Part shown: one piece after another, positions 9,941-18,704 of the stretch | How positions within the stretch are numbered: the stretch's first letter is position 1 | Layout: each line of letters begins with the position of its first letter | NCBI GenBank assembly: GCA_031253755.1 | Contig: JAIRVT010000016.1 | Location: 70,518-102,517 of the forward strand | Direction: 5' to 3' | DNA: 32,000 bases | DNA from: Enterobacteriaceae bacterium | GTDB taxonomy: Bacteria > Pseudomonadota > Gammaproteobacteria > Enterobacterales > Enterobacteriaceae | Made by a program: the position numbers and the translations under genes | The notes under the pieces: generated by a model | Seen by the model: the letters and a program-made list of their open reading frames with translations, nothing else | The model's database searches: none | Told to the model about the DNA's origin: nothing

Positions 9941-11149
9941 ATGCTGAAAGTATTATTGTTGTTTGTCATTCTGATCGTTGGCGTTGCTCTTGGCCCTGTG
10001 CTGTCAGGGCATCAGGGCTATGTGCTGATCCGAACAGATAATTACGATATCACCACCAGTGTCACGGGTTTGGTGATTATGTTCCTGTTGTTACAGTTCC
10101 TGCTGATTGGTATCGGCTGGTGTTACCGCAGATTAAGGCGTACCAGCGCTTTTACCCATAGCTGGCTGTTTGGCGGATATAAGCGTAACCGTGCGCGTTT
10201 GCAGACCAAACAGGCATTGCTCAAACTGGCTGAAGGGGATTTCAAACAGGTTGAACACTTAATGACCTGTAATGTTGATCACGCGGAAAATCCGGTGGTG
10301 AACTATCTGCTGGCTGCGGAAGCCGCTCAGCAACGTGGTGATTTTTTCCGTACCAATCAATATATCGAGCGGGCTGCGGAAGTTGCCGACAAAGATCAAC
10401 TCCCTGTTGATATTACCCGTGTACGTATTCAATTAGCGCAGGGAGAAGTACATGCCGCCCGTAATGGCGTGGATAAGCTGATCGATTGTGCACCACGGCA
10501 TCCAGAAGTGTTGCGTCTGGCTGAACAGGCGTACACACAGTCAGGCGCTTATCAGTCCCTGATCGATATTCTGCCTTCTATCACCAAGATTGCTTTGCAC
10601 GATGAAGATGATATCGCCCAATTGCGCCAGCAGGCTTATATCGGGCTAATGAATCAGGTCATGGCAGAAAAAGGCAATAATGGGTTAAAAACGTGGTGGA
10701 AAGACCAGAGCCGAAAAGTTCGCAATGATATCGCATTGCAGGTTGCGATGGCTGAGCATCTGATCGAATGCAACGATCATGAAACGGCACAGCAGATTAT
10801 TCTCAGTGGGTTAAAGCAACAATACGATGAACGGTTGCTGTTGTTGCTCCCTCACTTAAAAGCCGATAATGCTGAAACAGTACAAAAATCGCTGTCGCAC
10901 TTATTGAAACAGCATGGTGCTACGCCTTTATTGAACAGCACATTAGGGCAGGTAGCACTGCGCCACGGCGAATGGGCTAAAGCGGAAACCGCATTCAGGG
11001 CTGCGCTGGCGCAACGCCCTGATGCACATGATTATGCCTGGCTTGCTGATGCGTTGGACCGATTGCACAAACGTGAAGAAGCTGCACAAATTCGCACCAA
11101 AGGCTTTATGCTGACGCTGAAACGTGAAGGTAATGAAACAAAAGAGTAA
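9941..11149 (+). CDS. hemY: HemY (TPR-containing inner-membrane protein of the hem operon)
   Basis: 402-aa ORF starting MLKVLLLFV.LI.G...GP...GHQGYVLI.TDNY.I.TSVTGL. Later blocks include PVVNYLLAAEAAQQRGD and DYAWLADALDRLHK.EEAA, as in recalled E. coli HemY. A strong SD (caggaggg) precedes the ATG. Confidence 0.94.
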   Translation: MLKVLLLFVILIVGVALGPVLSGHQGYVLIRTDNYDITTSVTGLVIMFLLLQFLLIGIGWCYRRLRRTSAFTHSWLFGGYKRNRARLQTKQALLKLAEGDFKQVEHLMTCNVDHAENPVVNYLLAAEAAQQRGDFFRTNQYIERAAEVADKDQLPVDITRVRIQLAQGEVHAARNGVDKLIDCAPRHPEVLRLAEQAYTQSGAYQSLIDILPSITKIALHDEDDIAQLRQQAYIGLMNQVMAEKGNNGLKTWWKDQSRKVRNDIALQVAMAEHLIECNDHETAQQIILSGLKQQYDERLLLLLPHLKADNAETVQKSLSHLLKQHGATPLLNSTLGQVALRHGEWAKAETAFRAALAQRPDAHDYAWLADALDRLHKREEAAQIRTKGFMLTLKREGNETKE

Positions 11150-11203
11150 TGCAGAAGAAGCGTAATACAGAGAAAGAGTAGGTTAGTTCCCCTTCCAATA
11201 AAA

Positions 11204-11253
11204 TTTGCCATGGTTAACGATTGTAGCTTATTGAAATTGTTAGCCATGGCAAA
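11204..11253. terminator. Long hairpin between the convergent hemY and glmZ genes; possible hemCDXY terminator or second stop for glmZ
   Basis: The inverted repeat tttgccatggttaac (11204-11218) / gttagccatggcaaa (11239-11253) has 15 bp with 1 mismatch and a 20-nt loop. There is no T-run on the plus strand. On the minus strand it is followed by attttatt. Confidence 0.3.
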
Positions 11254-11276
11254 ATCAGAAGACACACAAAAACAGC

Positions 11277-11478
11277 AAAAAAAACACCTATCAACATTGA
11301 CAGGTGTAAATACAATCAGATCTACAGACAGATAGTGCCTCACTCAACGTTATGCCCGGTTTGTGATGAATAGTCATTATTCATCTATAACTTGGGCTAT
11401 AGGCACCGACAATTAGCTCTACGTCATCCAGCGGTTTATGAAGCTAGGCTGTCATAATGAATAGGATGAGCATCTACC
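11277..11478 (-). ncRNA. glmZ: Small RNA GlmZ (SraJ/RyiA), activator of glmS translation
   Basis: The minus-strand sequence begins GUAGAUGCUCAUCCUAUUCAUUAUG...CUUCAUAAACCGCUGGAUGACGUAGAGC and contains ...CAUAACGUUGAGUGAGGCAC... It ends in an intrinsic terminator: stem 11284-11294/11297-11307 followed by U8 (11277-11284). These blocks match my recollection of E. coli GlmZ (GUAGAUGCUCAUUCCAUCUCUUAUG..., CCUCAUAAACUCCGGAAUGACGCAGAGC, ACAACGUUGAGUGAAGCAC). The position convergent with the hemY 3' end is the canonical glmZ locus. Confidence 0.8.
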
Positions 11479-11488
11479 ATATTAATAA

Positions 11489-11504
11489 TGCAGTTTTCAT
11501 GCCA
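11489..11504 (-). promoter_or_regulatory. Sigma54 (-24/-12) promoter of glmZ
   Basis: The minus strand reads TTGGCATGAAAACTGCAT. The GG and GC elements have exact consensus spacing (TGGCAC-N5-TTGCA type). With the -12 C at 11490, the predicted +1 falls at 11478/11477, which is the G of GUAGAUG where GlmZ homology begins. Confidence 0.65.
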
Positions 11505-11594
11505 ACTTTTCGTCATCAGCGCCATACTCACTGAAAAGCCATGCCCGGCTTTCCATAATGTTCAGGCGGCGTTTTCGCAAAACATTCCGAATAC

Positions 11595-11612
11595 CGTCGC
11601 CCATTTGAGACG
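11595..11612. promoter_or_regulatory. Degenerate GlrR(QseF)-type inverted repeat upstream of glmZ
   Basis: cgtc-gcccatttga-gacg has the same 4-N10-4 geometry and the GTC/GAC core of the TGTC-N10-GACA consensus. It lies about 120 bp upstream of the predicted glmZ +1. Confidence 0.3.
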
Positions 11613-11657
11613 TTTATTCCTATGTGAAATATAGATAAATATAATCAGCACGTTACA

Positions 11658-11675
11658 TGTCTCCAAAAAGAGACA
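11658..11675. promoter_or_regulatory. GlrR(QseF)-type activator binding site upstream of glmZ
   Basis: tgtc-tccaaaaaga-gaca is a perfect match to the TGTC-N10-GACA consensus described for GlrR sites at glmY/glmZ promoters. It lies about 185 bp upstream of the predicted +1. Confidence 0.5.
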
Positions 11676-11859
11676 TTGAAGGGTATTATTTGTAGCTGAA
11701 CTACAACACTGTCAGTAAAATAACTTTAAAAACATAACGTTAATATAATAAAAAATAGACATTAACCATGTATTGCAAAATAAAGAACCAATGAGATAAC
11801 GGGAATGGCAAAAGAAATGGGAAAATTTTTTCGGTATGAAATGGAATAAAACAGAACGT

Positions 11860-11891
11860 AAAAAGCCCTGCTATATTAAGCAGGGCTTTTT
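11860..11891 (-). terminator. Intrinsic terminator of the tRNA operon
   Basis: aaaagccctgc (11861-11871) / gcagggctttt (11880-11890) form a GC core with A/T flanks, giving a U-tract on the minus strand. It lies 11 nt downstream of tRNA-Pro and looks bidirectional. Confidence 0.7.
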
Positions 11892-11901
11892 ATCTAGAAT
11901 C

Positions 11902-11978
11902 TGGTCGGCGAGAGAGGATTCGAACCTCCGACCCACTGGTCCCAAACCAGTTGCGCTACCAAGCTGCGCTACTCGCCG
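11902..11978 (-). tRNA. proM: tRNA-Pro (anticodon UGG)
   Basis: The reverse complement is CGGCGAGTAGCGCAGCTTGGTAGCGCAACTGGTTTGGGACCAGTGGGTCGGAGGTTCGAATCCTCTCTCGCCGACCA. It is 77 nt with an encoded CCA, and matches the recalled E. coli proM. Confidence 0.97.
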
Positions 11979-11990
11979 AAATTTTTTGCT

Positions 11991-12024
11991 TTCAAACTTC
12001 TGCCTTCAAACTTCTGCCTTCAAA
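11991..12024. repeat. 14-bp tandem repeat (2.4 copies) in the proM-leuT spacer
   Basis: ttcaaacttctgcc (11991-12004), ttcaaacttctgcc (12005-12018), then ttcaaa. Confidence 0.85.
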
Positions 12025-12045
12025 AAACGGTTGTCTCTTTTCTTA

Positions 12046-12132
12046 TGGTGCGAAGGGGGGGACTTGAACCCCCACGTCCGTAAGAACACTAACACCTGAA
12101 GCTAGCGCGTCTACCAATTCCGCCACCCTCGC
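12046..12132 (-). tRNA. leuT: tRNA-Leu (anticodon CAG)
   Basis: The reverse complement is GCGAGGGTGGCGGAATTGGTAGACGCGCTAGCTTCAGGTGTTAGTGTTCTTACGGACGTGGGGGTTCAAGTCCCCCCCCTTCGCACCA. It is 87 nt with a long variable arm and an encoded CCA. Confidence 0.97.
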
Positions 12133-12147
12133 ATGTCATAAAAAAGA

Positions 12148-12224
12148 TGGGGTGGCTAACGAGACTCGAACTCGCGACAACTGGAATCACAATCCAGGGC
12201 TCTACCAACTGAGCTATAGCCACC
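12148..12224 (-). tRNA. hisR: tRNA-His (anticodon GUG)
   Basis: The reverse complement is GGTGGCTATAGCTCAGTTGGTAGAGCCCTGGATTGTGATTCCAGTTGTCGCGAGTTCGAGTCTCGTTAGCCACCCCA. It is 77 nt including the His-specific extra 5' G(-1). Confidence 0.97.
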
Positions 12225-12315
12225 ATAACAACTATCTTTTTATTGCTTACTGCTTATTTTTACATGCAACGCCGTTTACCACGATAACTCTTTTTCACTG
12301 CTCTGCACGCTTTAA

Positions 12316-12392
<77 letters not shown>

Positions 12393-12413
12393 TTAACGCC
12401 GTTGCGGTGGAGG

Positions 12414-12442
12414 ATAGTACGGATTTAATCTCCAACTGTCCA
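12414..12442 (-). promoter_or_regulatory. Candidate sigma70 promoter of the argX-hisR-leuT-proM operon
   Basis: On the minus strand: TGGACA (-35), a 17-nt spacer, TACTAT (-10), then a GC-rich discriminator CCTCCACCGC about 20 nt before tRNA-Arg. An A/T-rich stretch upstream is UP-element-like. This is a motif-only prediction. Confidence 0.4.
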
Positions 12443-12557
12443 GTGCTTTTTTAAAAGAAATAGTTCGTTTGATTACGCTTTATTCATTTCGTTGACAAAG
12501 ACAGCACTTTTCCACCGCAACCTTTCGCCAGACGAAAGATTAATCGACTTTATTCGC

Positions 12558-13928
12558 TTATTTCTTCTGCTCGCAGATAAGTTTCAACACCCAATAAATC
12601 AGTGACACGGCAACCAAAAATGTCCCGCCAACCATCAGTGAAAGGCGCGTATCCGGGTTAATCGCCATTCCAATCAAAACACAGGACAGAAAAACCAATG
12701 TCAGGTAATTGATATAAGGGAAAAGTATCGATTTAAACGGATGATGTTTCAGGGCTTCCTGATGGTGTTGACGAAAACGTAACTGGCTTACCAAAATCAC
12801 AAACCACGGCACCATTCCCGGCAAGACGCTGGCACTGTACACATACACAAAAACAGCCTGTGGGTTTGGGATCAGATAATTCAGGCTAGAGCCTGCAATC
12901 AGGCAGCCAATGGTAATCGCCACACATCTTACCGGAACGCCATTTCTCGACAGTTTCAGCAATGAAGCCGGTAGCTGACGGTTTTGCGCCAGTGCATATA
13001 ACATCCGGCCACCGCTGTACATTCCGCTATTGCAGCCTGACAGCGCTGCTGTCAACACAACAAAGTTGATCACGGCTGCCGCTGACGTAATGCCAACTTT
13101 GGCAAAAGTCATCACAAACGGGCTGCCGTGGCTTCCCACCGCCGTCCAAGGGAACAGCGTGACAACAATGAAAATCGCCCCGACATAAAAGATCAGAATA
13201 CGCCACAGAATCTTGCTGATCGCTTTTTTCAGTGTCACCTGAGGGTTTTTCGCCTCACCCGCCGTGATGCCCACTAATTCAACCCCTTGATAGGAGGCAA
13301 CCACAATACACAGAGCAAACAGGAAGCCTTTCCAGCCACCGGAAAAGAAACCGCCATGCGCCGTCAGGTTATCCAGACCAATAGGCTGCCAGCCATTGCC
13401 TAATCCGAAGAATATCAGCCCGATACCAATCAGAATCATCACGATAATCGTGGTAACTTTGATCATCGCAAACCAGAATTCCAATTCCCCATACAACCGC
13501 ACAGCCGCTAAGTTAGCTAACGCAACTAAACTAACCGCCACCAGCGCTGACACCCATTGCGGTAAATCGGGAAACCAGAATTCAGCATAAACCCCCACAG
13601 CCGTGACTTCTGAAATTCCCACCGCAACCCACATAAACCAGTAGCCCCATGCGGTCAGATATCCCCAATAGGGGCTGAGGTATTTGTGTCCGAAAGTCGC
13701 GAATGAGCCAGTGACGGGTTCGAGAAACAACATTTCCCCCATCGACCGCATAATGAAAAAAACAAAAAGGCCCGCAATAATGTAGGCCAATAAAACCGAT
13801 GGACCGGCCCATTTCAAGGTGCTGGCTGAACCCATAAACAGCCCAACACCGATTGTGCCGCCGAGCGCAATCAGCTCAATATGGCGCGCTTCAAGCCCCC
13901 TTTGCAGGCTTTGTTTTGAGTCACTCAT
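12558..13928 (-). CDS. yifK: APC-family amino-acid permease YifK
   Basis: 456-aa [71 protein letters not shown] is nearly identical to recalled E. coli YifK. AGGGAG SD. The position between wecG and argX is conserved. Confidence 0.96.
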   Translation of the reverse strand: MSDSKQSLQRGLEARHIELIALGGTIGVGLFMGSASTLKWAGPSVLLAYIIAGLFVFFIMRSMGEMLFLEPVTGSFATFGHKYLSPYWGYLTAWGYWFMWVAVGISEVTAVGVYAEFWFPDLPQWVSALVAVSLVALANLAAVRLYGELEFWFAMIKVTTIIVMILIGIGLIFFGLGNGWQPIGLDNLTAHGGFFSGGWKGFLFALCIVVASYQGVELVGITAGEAKNPQVTLKKAISKILWRILIFYVGAIFIVVTLFPWTAVGSHGSPFVMTFAKVGITSAAAVINFVVLTAALSGCNSGMYSGGRMLYALAQNRQLPASLLKLSRNGVPVRCVAITIGCLIAGSSLNYLIPNPQAVFVYVYSASVLPGMVPWFVILVSQLRFRQHHQEALKHHPFKSILFPYINYLTLVFLSCVLIGMAINPDTRLSLMVGGTFLVAVSLIYWVLKLICEQKK

Positions 13929-14111
13929 AAAACTCCCTATCCATTTTTATGGTGTCTATTTTGCAAGTAGAATAAATGCGGTATTAACAATCTATAGCCG
14001 TAAAGATTAGTTATCAAAAGGCAGGGATCAAAACACGTTTTGCCCGACAGTGAAATAAAAAATTGTAAAATCAAGCCAATGAAGAGAGTTAAATTTCGCA
14101 GAAAGGGTATG

Positions 14112-14181
14112 AAAAACCCACTGCACCACCTATACAAGTTGGAATTAAACCAATCTGGAGCTAAACCTGAGGCAGTGGGTT
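14112..14181 (-). terminator. Possible terminator structure at the end of the wec operon
   Basis: aacccactgc (14115-14124) pairs with gcagtgggtt (14172-14181) across a 47-nt interior. On the minus strand the 3' arm is followed by TTTTT (complement of 14112-14116). It lies 23 nt after the wecG stop. The long interior makes this uncertain. Confidence 0.35.
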
Positions 14182-14203
14182 CTTTAAGAAATCACCCCAT
14201 TAT

Positions 14204-14941
14204 TTACAACTTGCCGCTGTAATAATACCCCAGAAATTTCAACAATTTGATTTGCCTTCGGATACGGCTGGGCTGTGACAATAAGCGATAAAGCCACTCC
14301 AAACCTAAATTCTGCCAGATTTTCGGTGCCCGTTTGACATGCCCAGTGAAGACATCATACGTTCCTCCAACGCCCATATACAGTGAGCTGGCGTGTATTT
14401 TTCGACAATCGCGCATGAAAATCTCCTGCTTCGGCGACCCCATTGCAACCGTGACAATTTCTGCGCCGCTGGCGTGAATGCGTTCAAATACCGCATCACG
14501 CTCCTCAGCGGTGAAATAGCCGTCCTGACTGCCGACGACATTGACGTTCCACTGGCTACGAAGTTTGTTGACTGTCTGCGCCAGAATTTCGGGTTTTCCT
14601 CCCACCAGAAACACCGGTGTACCTTCACGCCCTGCACGTTCCATCAGCGCTTCCCACAAATCCGCTCCGGCAATGCGCGATACTTGTGCATCACGATATT
14701 TACGCCGAATCGCACGGACAATGCTGATACCGTCTGCATAAAGATATTCAGCTTCATCCAGTAACTGATGCAGCGCTTTATCATTCTCCGCAGTAAGTAC
14801 TTTTTCTGCGTTGATTGCCACCAACGTTCCGCTTTTGATTTGTCCATCCTGAAAAAGGTGATCGAGGAAATGTGACATTCCGCGAAATCCCCACAAATTC
14901 AGCCCACGGATACGGTATTGAGGAATGGTACTCATCGTCAT
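14204..14941 (-). CDS. wecG: UDP-N-acetyl-D-mannosaminuronic acid transferase WecG (RffM), ECA lipid II synthesis
   Basis: 245-aa [58 protein letters not shown] and [18 protein letters not shown] match recalled E. coli WecG. ATGA overlap with the wzyE stop. Confidence 0.95.
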   Translation of the reverse strand: MTMSTIPQYRIRGLNLWGFRGMSHFLDHLFQDGQIKSGTLVAINAEKVLTAENDKALHQLLDEAEYLYADGISIVRAIRRKYRDAQVSRIAGADLWEALMERAGREGTPVFLVGGKPEILAQTVNKLRSQWNVNVVGSQDGYFTAEERDAVFERIHASGAEIVTVAMGSPKQEIFMRDCRKIHASSLYMGVGGTYDVFTGHVKRAPKIWQNLGLEWLYRLLSQPSRIRRQIKLLKFLGYYYSGKL

Positions 14942-16329
14942 TTTTTCTCCATAACAGGCATCTTTTGCGATTGTGATGCTAATTTGTTTATCGCCAGCTT
15001 TCGGACAAGCCCGGCGCTGTCAAACAGCCAATACAATAATTTCGCGACGATCAGGCATAAACCAAAAACGATCCCAAAGAACACCACGCGGGAGACAAAA
15101 GAATCAACGCCTTCACGTGCCAGTACGATCATGTTGAAAATCGCCCCGAAGCAGAATGCCTGTAAAATAGCCGCTTTGTAACGGTTTGTTTCCTGTTTTC
15201 CGGCTTCATAGAGCCAGTCAAACCATTTGATAATCATGCCGACCGCAATGGCCCCGACAGGGATGAAGAATACGCCGCCCATCACGACCAGTGAACCAAT
15301 CAACGTCGGCGAAATCGCCAGACCAGAGTGGTTATCCAGCACATCCCATGTGAAATAGTTGGCGGTATTCAATACCAGATTCGGTCTGTCCGGCCATGCC
15401 CAGCCGGGAATAAAGACATAAAAGTCACGGATGATCGGTGCCAGCCCCTGAAAATCAATTTTGCTGTAGTTATCCAGCAATAGCGCCAGATTCTCCCACG
15501 GCGAAAACGTGTCTCTGGTCAGGTACAGGAAAGTATAAAAAGCCTCTGCGCCGCTCACATCAAGGCTGTAACGCTTCAATGCCAGCCAGAACATACCGAC
15601 GATTCCCATCACACCGGCGGCGAGCAGCATCCATAACGTAATCCAGCCCCGGACAATGCCAATAAACAGAAACAATGCGAACGCAATAATAATATTAGCC
15701 CGTGTTCCCCCGACAATAACATACGTCAGAATGCCGAACCCGACGGTACAGACTAAAAAACACAGCCAGCGGGTTTTGGTCGGATTCAGGAAAAATATCA
15801 CCAACATGGCAGGAATGAAGAAATAAAAAAACCGTTTCAGCGCCACACCGGAAACCTGACTGGAAAAGATCTGGCTGTACGACTGCAATTTAAACAGCAG
15901 GAAGCCATTTTGCAGGAAGAACGCCCCCACCGTGAAGATGGCAATTCCCGCCAGCAGCAGCCATGTCAGGTTAGTTTCGAGCCGGTTCATGCTAAATAGC
16001 GGCTTACGGGTGGCAAGATTGCCTGACTTATGACCAACAGCGCGGCGTCTGAGGCGGACTTTGTAGCTGACATAATAAATAGCATAGAAACAACTCGACG
16101 CCAGCATCGCATGCAGCAATGAATCCACCGGCACGACCTGCACATCAAACTGAAAGACCAGTATACAGGTTAACGGGAAACCAAAATAAAACGTCAGTAA
16201 ATAAAGCAGTGAGAAAAAAATATTAAAGTTAAAGCGAACCCGCCTGAACTCTTGATATGTCAGGGTAAGAATAAAGATCAGTGAAATTGCGTAAACAGCC
16301 AATAACCCACCGAATTGCGCCAAAGTCAT
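14938..16329 (-). CDS. wzyE: Enterobacterial common antigen polymerase WzyE
   Basis: The ORF-track ORF is 14938..16368. The homology start is the ATG at 16329 (MTLAQFGGL... versus E. coli MSLLQFSGL...), which forms an ATGA overlap with the wecF stop. The polytopic membrane protein is conserved throughout ([38 protein letters not shown]). Confidence 0.94.
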   Translation of the reverse strand: MTLAQFGGLLAVYAISLIFILTLTYQEFRRVRFNFNIFFSLLYLLTFYFGFPLTCILVFQFDVQVVPVDSLLHAMLASSCFYAIYYVSYKVRLRRRAVGHKSGNLATRKPLFSMNRLETNLTWLLLAGIAIFTVGAFFLQNGFLLFKLQSYSQIFSSQVSGVALKRFFYFFIPAMLVIFFLNPTKTRWLCFLVCTVGFGILTYVIVGGTRANIIIAFALFLFIGIVRGWITLWMLLAAGVMGIVGMFWLALKRYSLDVSGAEAFYTFLYLTRDTFSPWENLALLLDNYSKIDFQGLAPIIRDFYVFIPGWAWPDRPNLVLNTANYFTWDVLDNHSGLAISPTLIGSLVVMGGVFFIPVGAIAVGMIIKWFDWLYEAGKQETNRYKAAILQAFCFGAIFNMIVLAREGVDSFVSRVVFFGIVFGLCLIVAKLLYWLFDSAGLVRKLAINKLASQSQKMPVMEKK

Positions 16330-17432
16330 TGAAACTCTCCGGATGCTTCCAACAGGGCAGTTTTCCACCCCTCTACAAAATTAGGCTCAAAAAAGGCGAT
16401 CGCCTTCTCATCAAGAGACAACATCTGACGCTGTGCTTCCTGCACCCACCGTTTATTCAGACAATCACCATCAAACAGAACGGGGATTTGCTGCTCCGCT
16501 AAATCTTGCCAGAACGGATTCTGGCGGCTCAGAACAAAGGGGATACCCTGCTGGATAAGCTGGCAGAGCGTGCCTATCCCCTGCTGACGTTTAAAAATGA
16601 AATAGCCTAAATCACAGGTGTGTAACAATGCGCAATACGCATCAAAAGCCAGTTTTTCTTTCAGAACCCGGATATTTTCAGGCGGGAACAGCGACAATGC
16701 CGTTTGTTCCACCTCTTGAATATAAGCCTGATTATTGTCAGGGTAGCCCATCGGCACAATCAGCCGCGCTTCTGCCCCAAACTGGCGATAAATGTTGTGC
16801 AATGCTTCAATATGCCGATTGGATTGATCGCCGGAGTTCCCCAATAAAATCGTGATGCTTTCTGCCGGAAGATGTGGTTCTTTAATGGCTAACTTATCGG
16901 ATAACAAAGCAGCCATCCGTGTTGGAAAATACAACAATGAAGCCGGAACACGAGGATGTAATTCCGCAAAATAACTGAGATCCCCACGGGTCGCAAACAC
17001 CCGTCCCACCCGTTTATGCGCCAGACGACGCAACAGATAGAACAAACGAAACTTAAGCTGGCGGGAGTCCTCATACAAATCAGCTCCCCAGACATGCCAC
17101 CAGAATTGATGACGTTTGATTTTGCCCATAAATAAGGCCAGCCACAGCCCGGCATTGAACTGACCGTGAAAAAAGAAACGCCGGGTTCGATCTTCCTGAG
17201 CCTGTACGATGACAGCTTGTGATAACGCTGTTTTGTTTTCATACACCGCGATAGTTAAAGCAGGATAGCTTTTTGCAAGATCGCTTTTTGCAAAATCGTT
17301 TTTAGCCACCACCATAAAACACGGTTTGGCTGGAAAGCTGACTTCCTGTTCCAGAACGTCATTAAAAAAACGCAGTAGCGTTTGATTGTGATGTGGGATA
17401 TCCGATCCCAAAACGTGAATTAAGGTTGTCAT
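16326..17432 (-). CDS. wecF: TDP-N-acetylfucosamine:lipid II N-acetylfucosaminyltransferase WecF (RffT)
   Basis: The ORF-track ORF is 16326..17468. The homology start is the ATG at 17432 ([24 protein letters not shown]), in an ATGA overlap with the wzxE stop. [18 protein letters not shown] and FPTRM are conserved. Confidence 0.94.
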   Translation of the reverse strand: MTTLIHVLGSDIPHHNQTLLRFFNDVLEQEVSFPAKPCFMVVAKNDFAKSDLAKSYPALTIAVYENKTALSQAVIVQAQEDRTRRFFFHGQFNAGLWLALFMGKIKRHQFWWHVWGADLYEDSRQLKFRLFYLLRRLAHKRVGRVFATRGDLSYFAELHPRVPASLLYFPTRMAALLSDKLAIKEPHLPAESITILLGNSGDQSNRHIEALHNIYRQFGAEARLIVPMGYPDNNQAYIQEVEQTALSLFPPENIRVLKEKLAFDAYCALLHTCDLGYFIFKRQQGIGTLCQLIQQGIPFVLSRQNPFWQDLAEQQIPVLFDGDCLNKRWVQEAQRQMLSLDEKAIAFFEPNFVEGWKTALLEASGEFQ

Positions 17433-18703
17433 GCTCGTCTGCAATAAATAATAAATACACCACAACAAAGGCTAAAATACACAATATAGGTAGCCATATA
17501 GGATTGCGCTGCGCCCAGCGCACCATTAACAGGGATCAGCCAATGGGAAAAACCGACCAACAGCAGAAACTGGCTGATTTCAGCCAATACATAAAAACGC
17601 AATGCTGCTTTTGCCACCACCAGATAACCAAAAACGTAAGCACACACTTTCAGCACATCACCGACTAGCTGCCACGCGAACAGCTCCCGCATGGCGGTAA
17701 ATTTATCTGAAAACAGAAACCAGATCACGAAATCACGCAGCAACCAGACGGAAAAACTGGCAGCCGCCACCGCAGGTAAGACAAATTTCAACGCCTTGAC
17801 GATCTCACGGGCAATATCACGTTTACTTTCCAGCCGGGCAAGGGTTGGCAACAAATAAACCGTGAAAGAGGCAGTGATAAATTGTAAATACGCATCGGAA
17901 ATACTGCTCACACCCTGCCAGATCCCCACTTCTTCCCAGCTATAACGCGCTGCCATCAAGTTTCGCATCATGACATAAGCGACTGGCAATGTGATGGAAG
18001 TCAGTAGTGCCATCAGAGTAAATTTCCCCAAATGGCTGGCAATGGCACGATCCCATGCGGGTTTTAAAGCCAAAAACGCAATTTTCTGAGCAATATCGTT
18101 AACAAAGGTTTTATTACGCAGCAGCATGATGCCTGCCGGTAATACCACCAGCGCAGGCACTAACGCCAAACCTGCCAACGCCCCTTCATAACCCCCCAGC
18201 CAATAGCACAAACCATAGGCAACCACGCCAATCAGGCTGCCCAGAATGATCGCCAGTGCATTTCCCTGAGCATCACGGAATCCTTTCAGAATAGCCAGAA
18301 AATAGTTGGCATAAGCGATTCCCATTTGAATAAATGCGAGCGCCTGCACAACAGTTTTGTAACGGTTGTGACCAAACAGACCAATACTGATAGCGTCACT
18401 GAATAACAGAAATATTATTGCCAGCAGGGTAGAAAAACCCAATATGATTGAGGATGATGTGCCCAATACTGCCCTGAGTTTTTCCGGCTGCTGGTGATTC
18501 TCCGCGACATATTTGGTTACGCCGTTGAAAATCCCGGCGCCGGACAGGACACCCAGGACAGTAATAAGCTGGCGAAAATTACCCGCCTGCCCAACCCCGG
18601 TCGGGCCAAAGGAGACAGCCAGAAGTTTAACAACCAGCAACCCCACACCAATCTTGATCAGTGTGGAGCCTGCCGTCCAGACAGAGGCTTTGGCAAGTGA
18701 CAT
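17429..18703 (-). CDS. wzxE: ECA lipid III flippase WzxE
   Basis: The ORF-track ORF is 17429..18874. The homology start is the ATG at 18703 ([57 protein letters not shown]), 1 nt after the wecE stop. The C-terminus [19 protein letters not shown] is conserved. Confidence 0.94.
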   Translation of the reverse strand: MSLAKASVWTAGSTLIKIGVGLLVVKLLAVSFGPTGVGQAGNFRQLITVLGVLSGAGIFNGVTKYVAENHQQPEKLRAVLGTSSSIILGFSTLLAIIFLLFSDAISIGLFGHNRYKTVVQALAFIQMGIAYANYFLAILKGFRDAQGNALAIILGSLIGVVAYGLCYWLGGYEGALAGLALVPALVVLPAGIMLLRNKTFVNDIAQKIAFLALKPAWDRAIASHLGKFTLMALLTSITLPVAYVMMRNLMAARYSWEEVGIWQGVSSISDAYLQFITASFTVYLLPTLARLESKRDIAREIVKALKFVLPAVAAASFSVWLLRDFVIWFLFSDKFTAMRELFAWQLVGDVLKVCAYVFGYLVVAKAALRFYVLAEISQFLLLVGFSHWLIPVNGALGAAQSYMATYIVYFSLCCGVFIIYCRRA

Positions 18704-18704
18704 A

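Noticed and set aside
11032-11343. 103-aa minus-strand ORF spanning the hemY 3' end.
   Set aside because: It overlaps the conserved hemY coding sequence, runs through the hairpin at 11204-11253, and runs through the GlmZ terminator. The interval is better explained by hemY plus glmZ.
11291-11377. 28-codon Cys-rich minus-strand ORF (MTIHHKPGITLSEALSVCRSDCIYTCQC) ending in the terminator stem.
   Set aside because: It lies entirely within the GlmZ sRNA body, including the conserved glmS-pairing block. It has no SD. It is a chance ORF in a structured RNA.
11497-11604. 35-codon minus-strand ORF (MGDGIRNVLRKRRLNIMESRAWLFSEYGADDEKLA) in the hemY-tRNA gap.
   Set aside because: It has no usable SD. 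It overlaps the sigma54 -24 element and a GlrR-like site of the glmZ promoter region. It shows no similarity to AslA/AslB or to anything I recognise.
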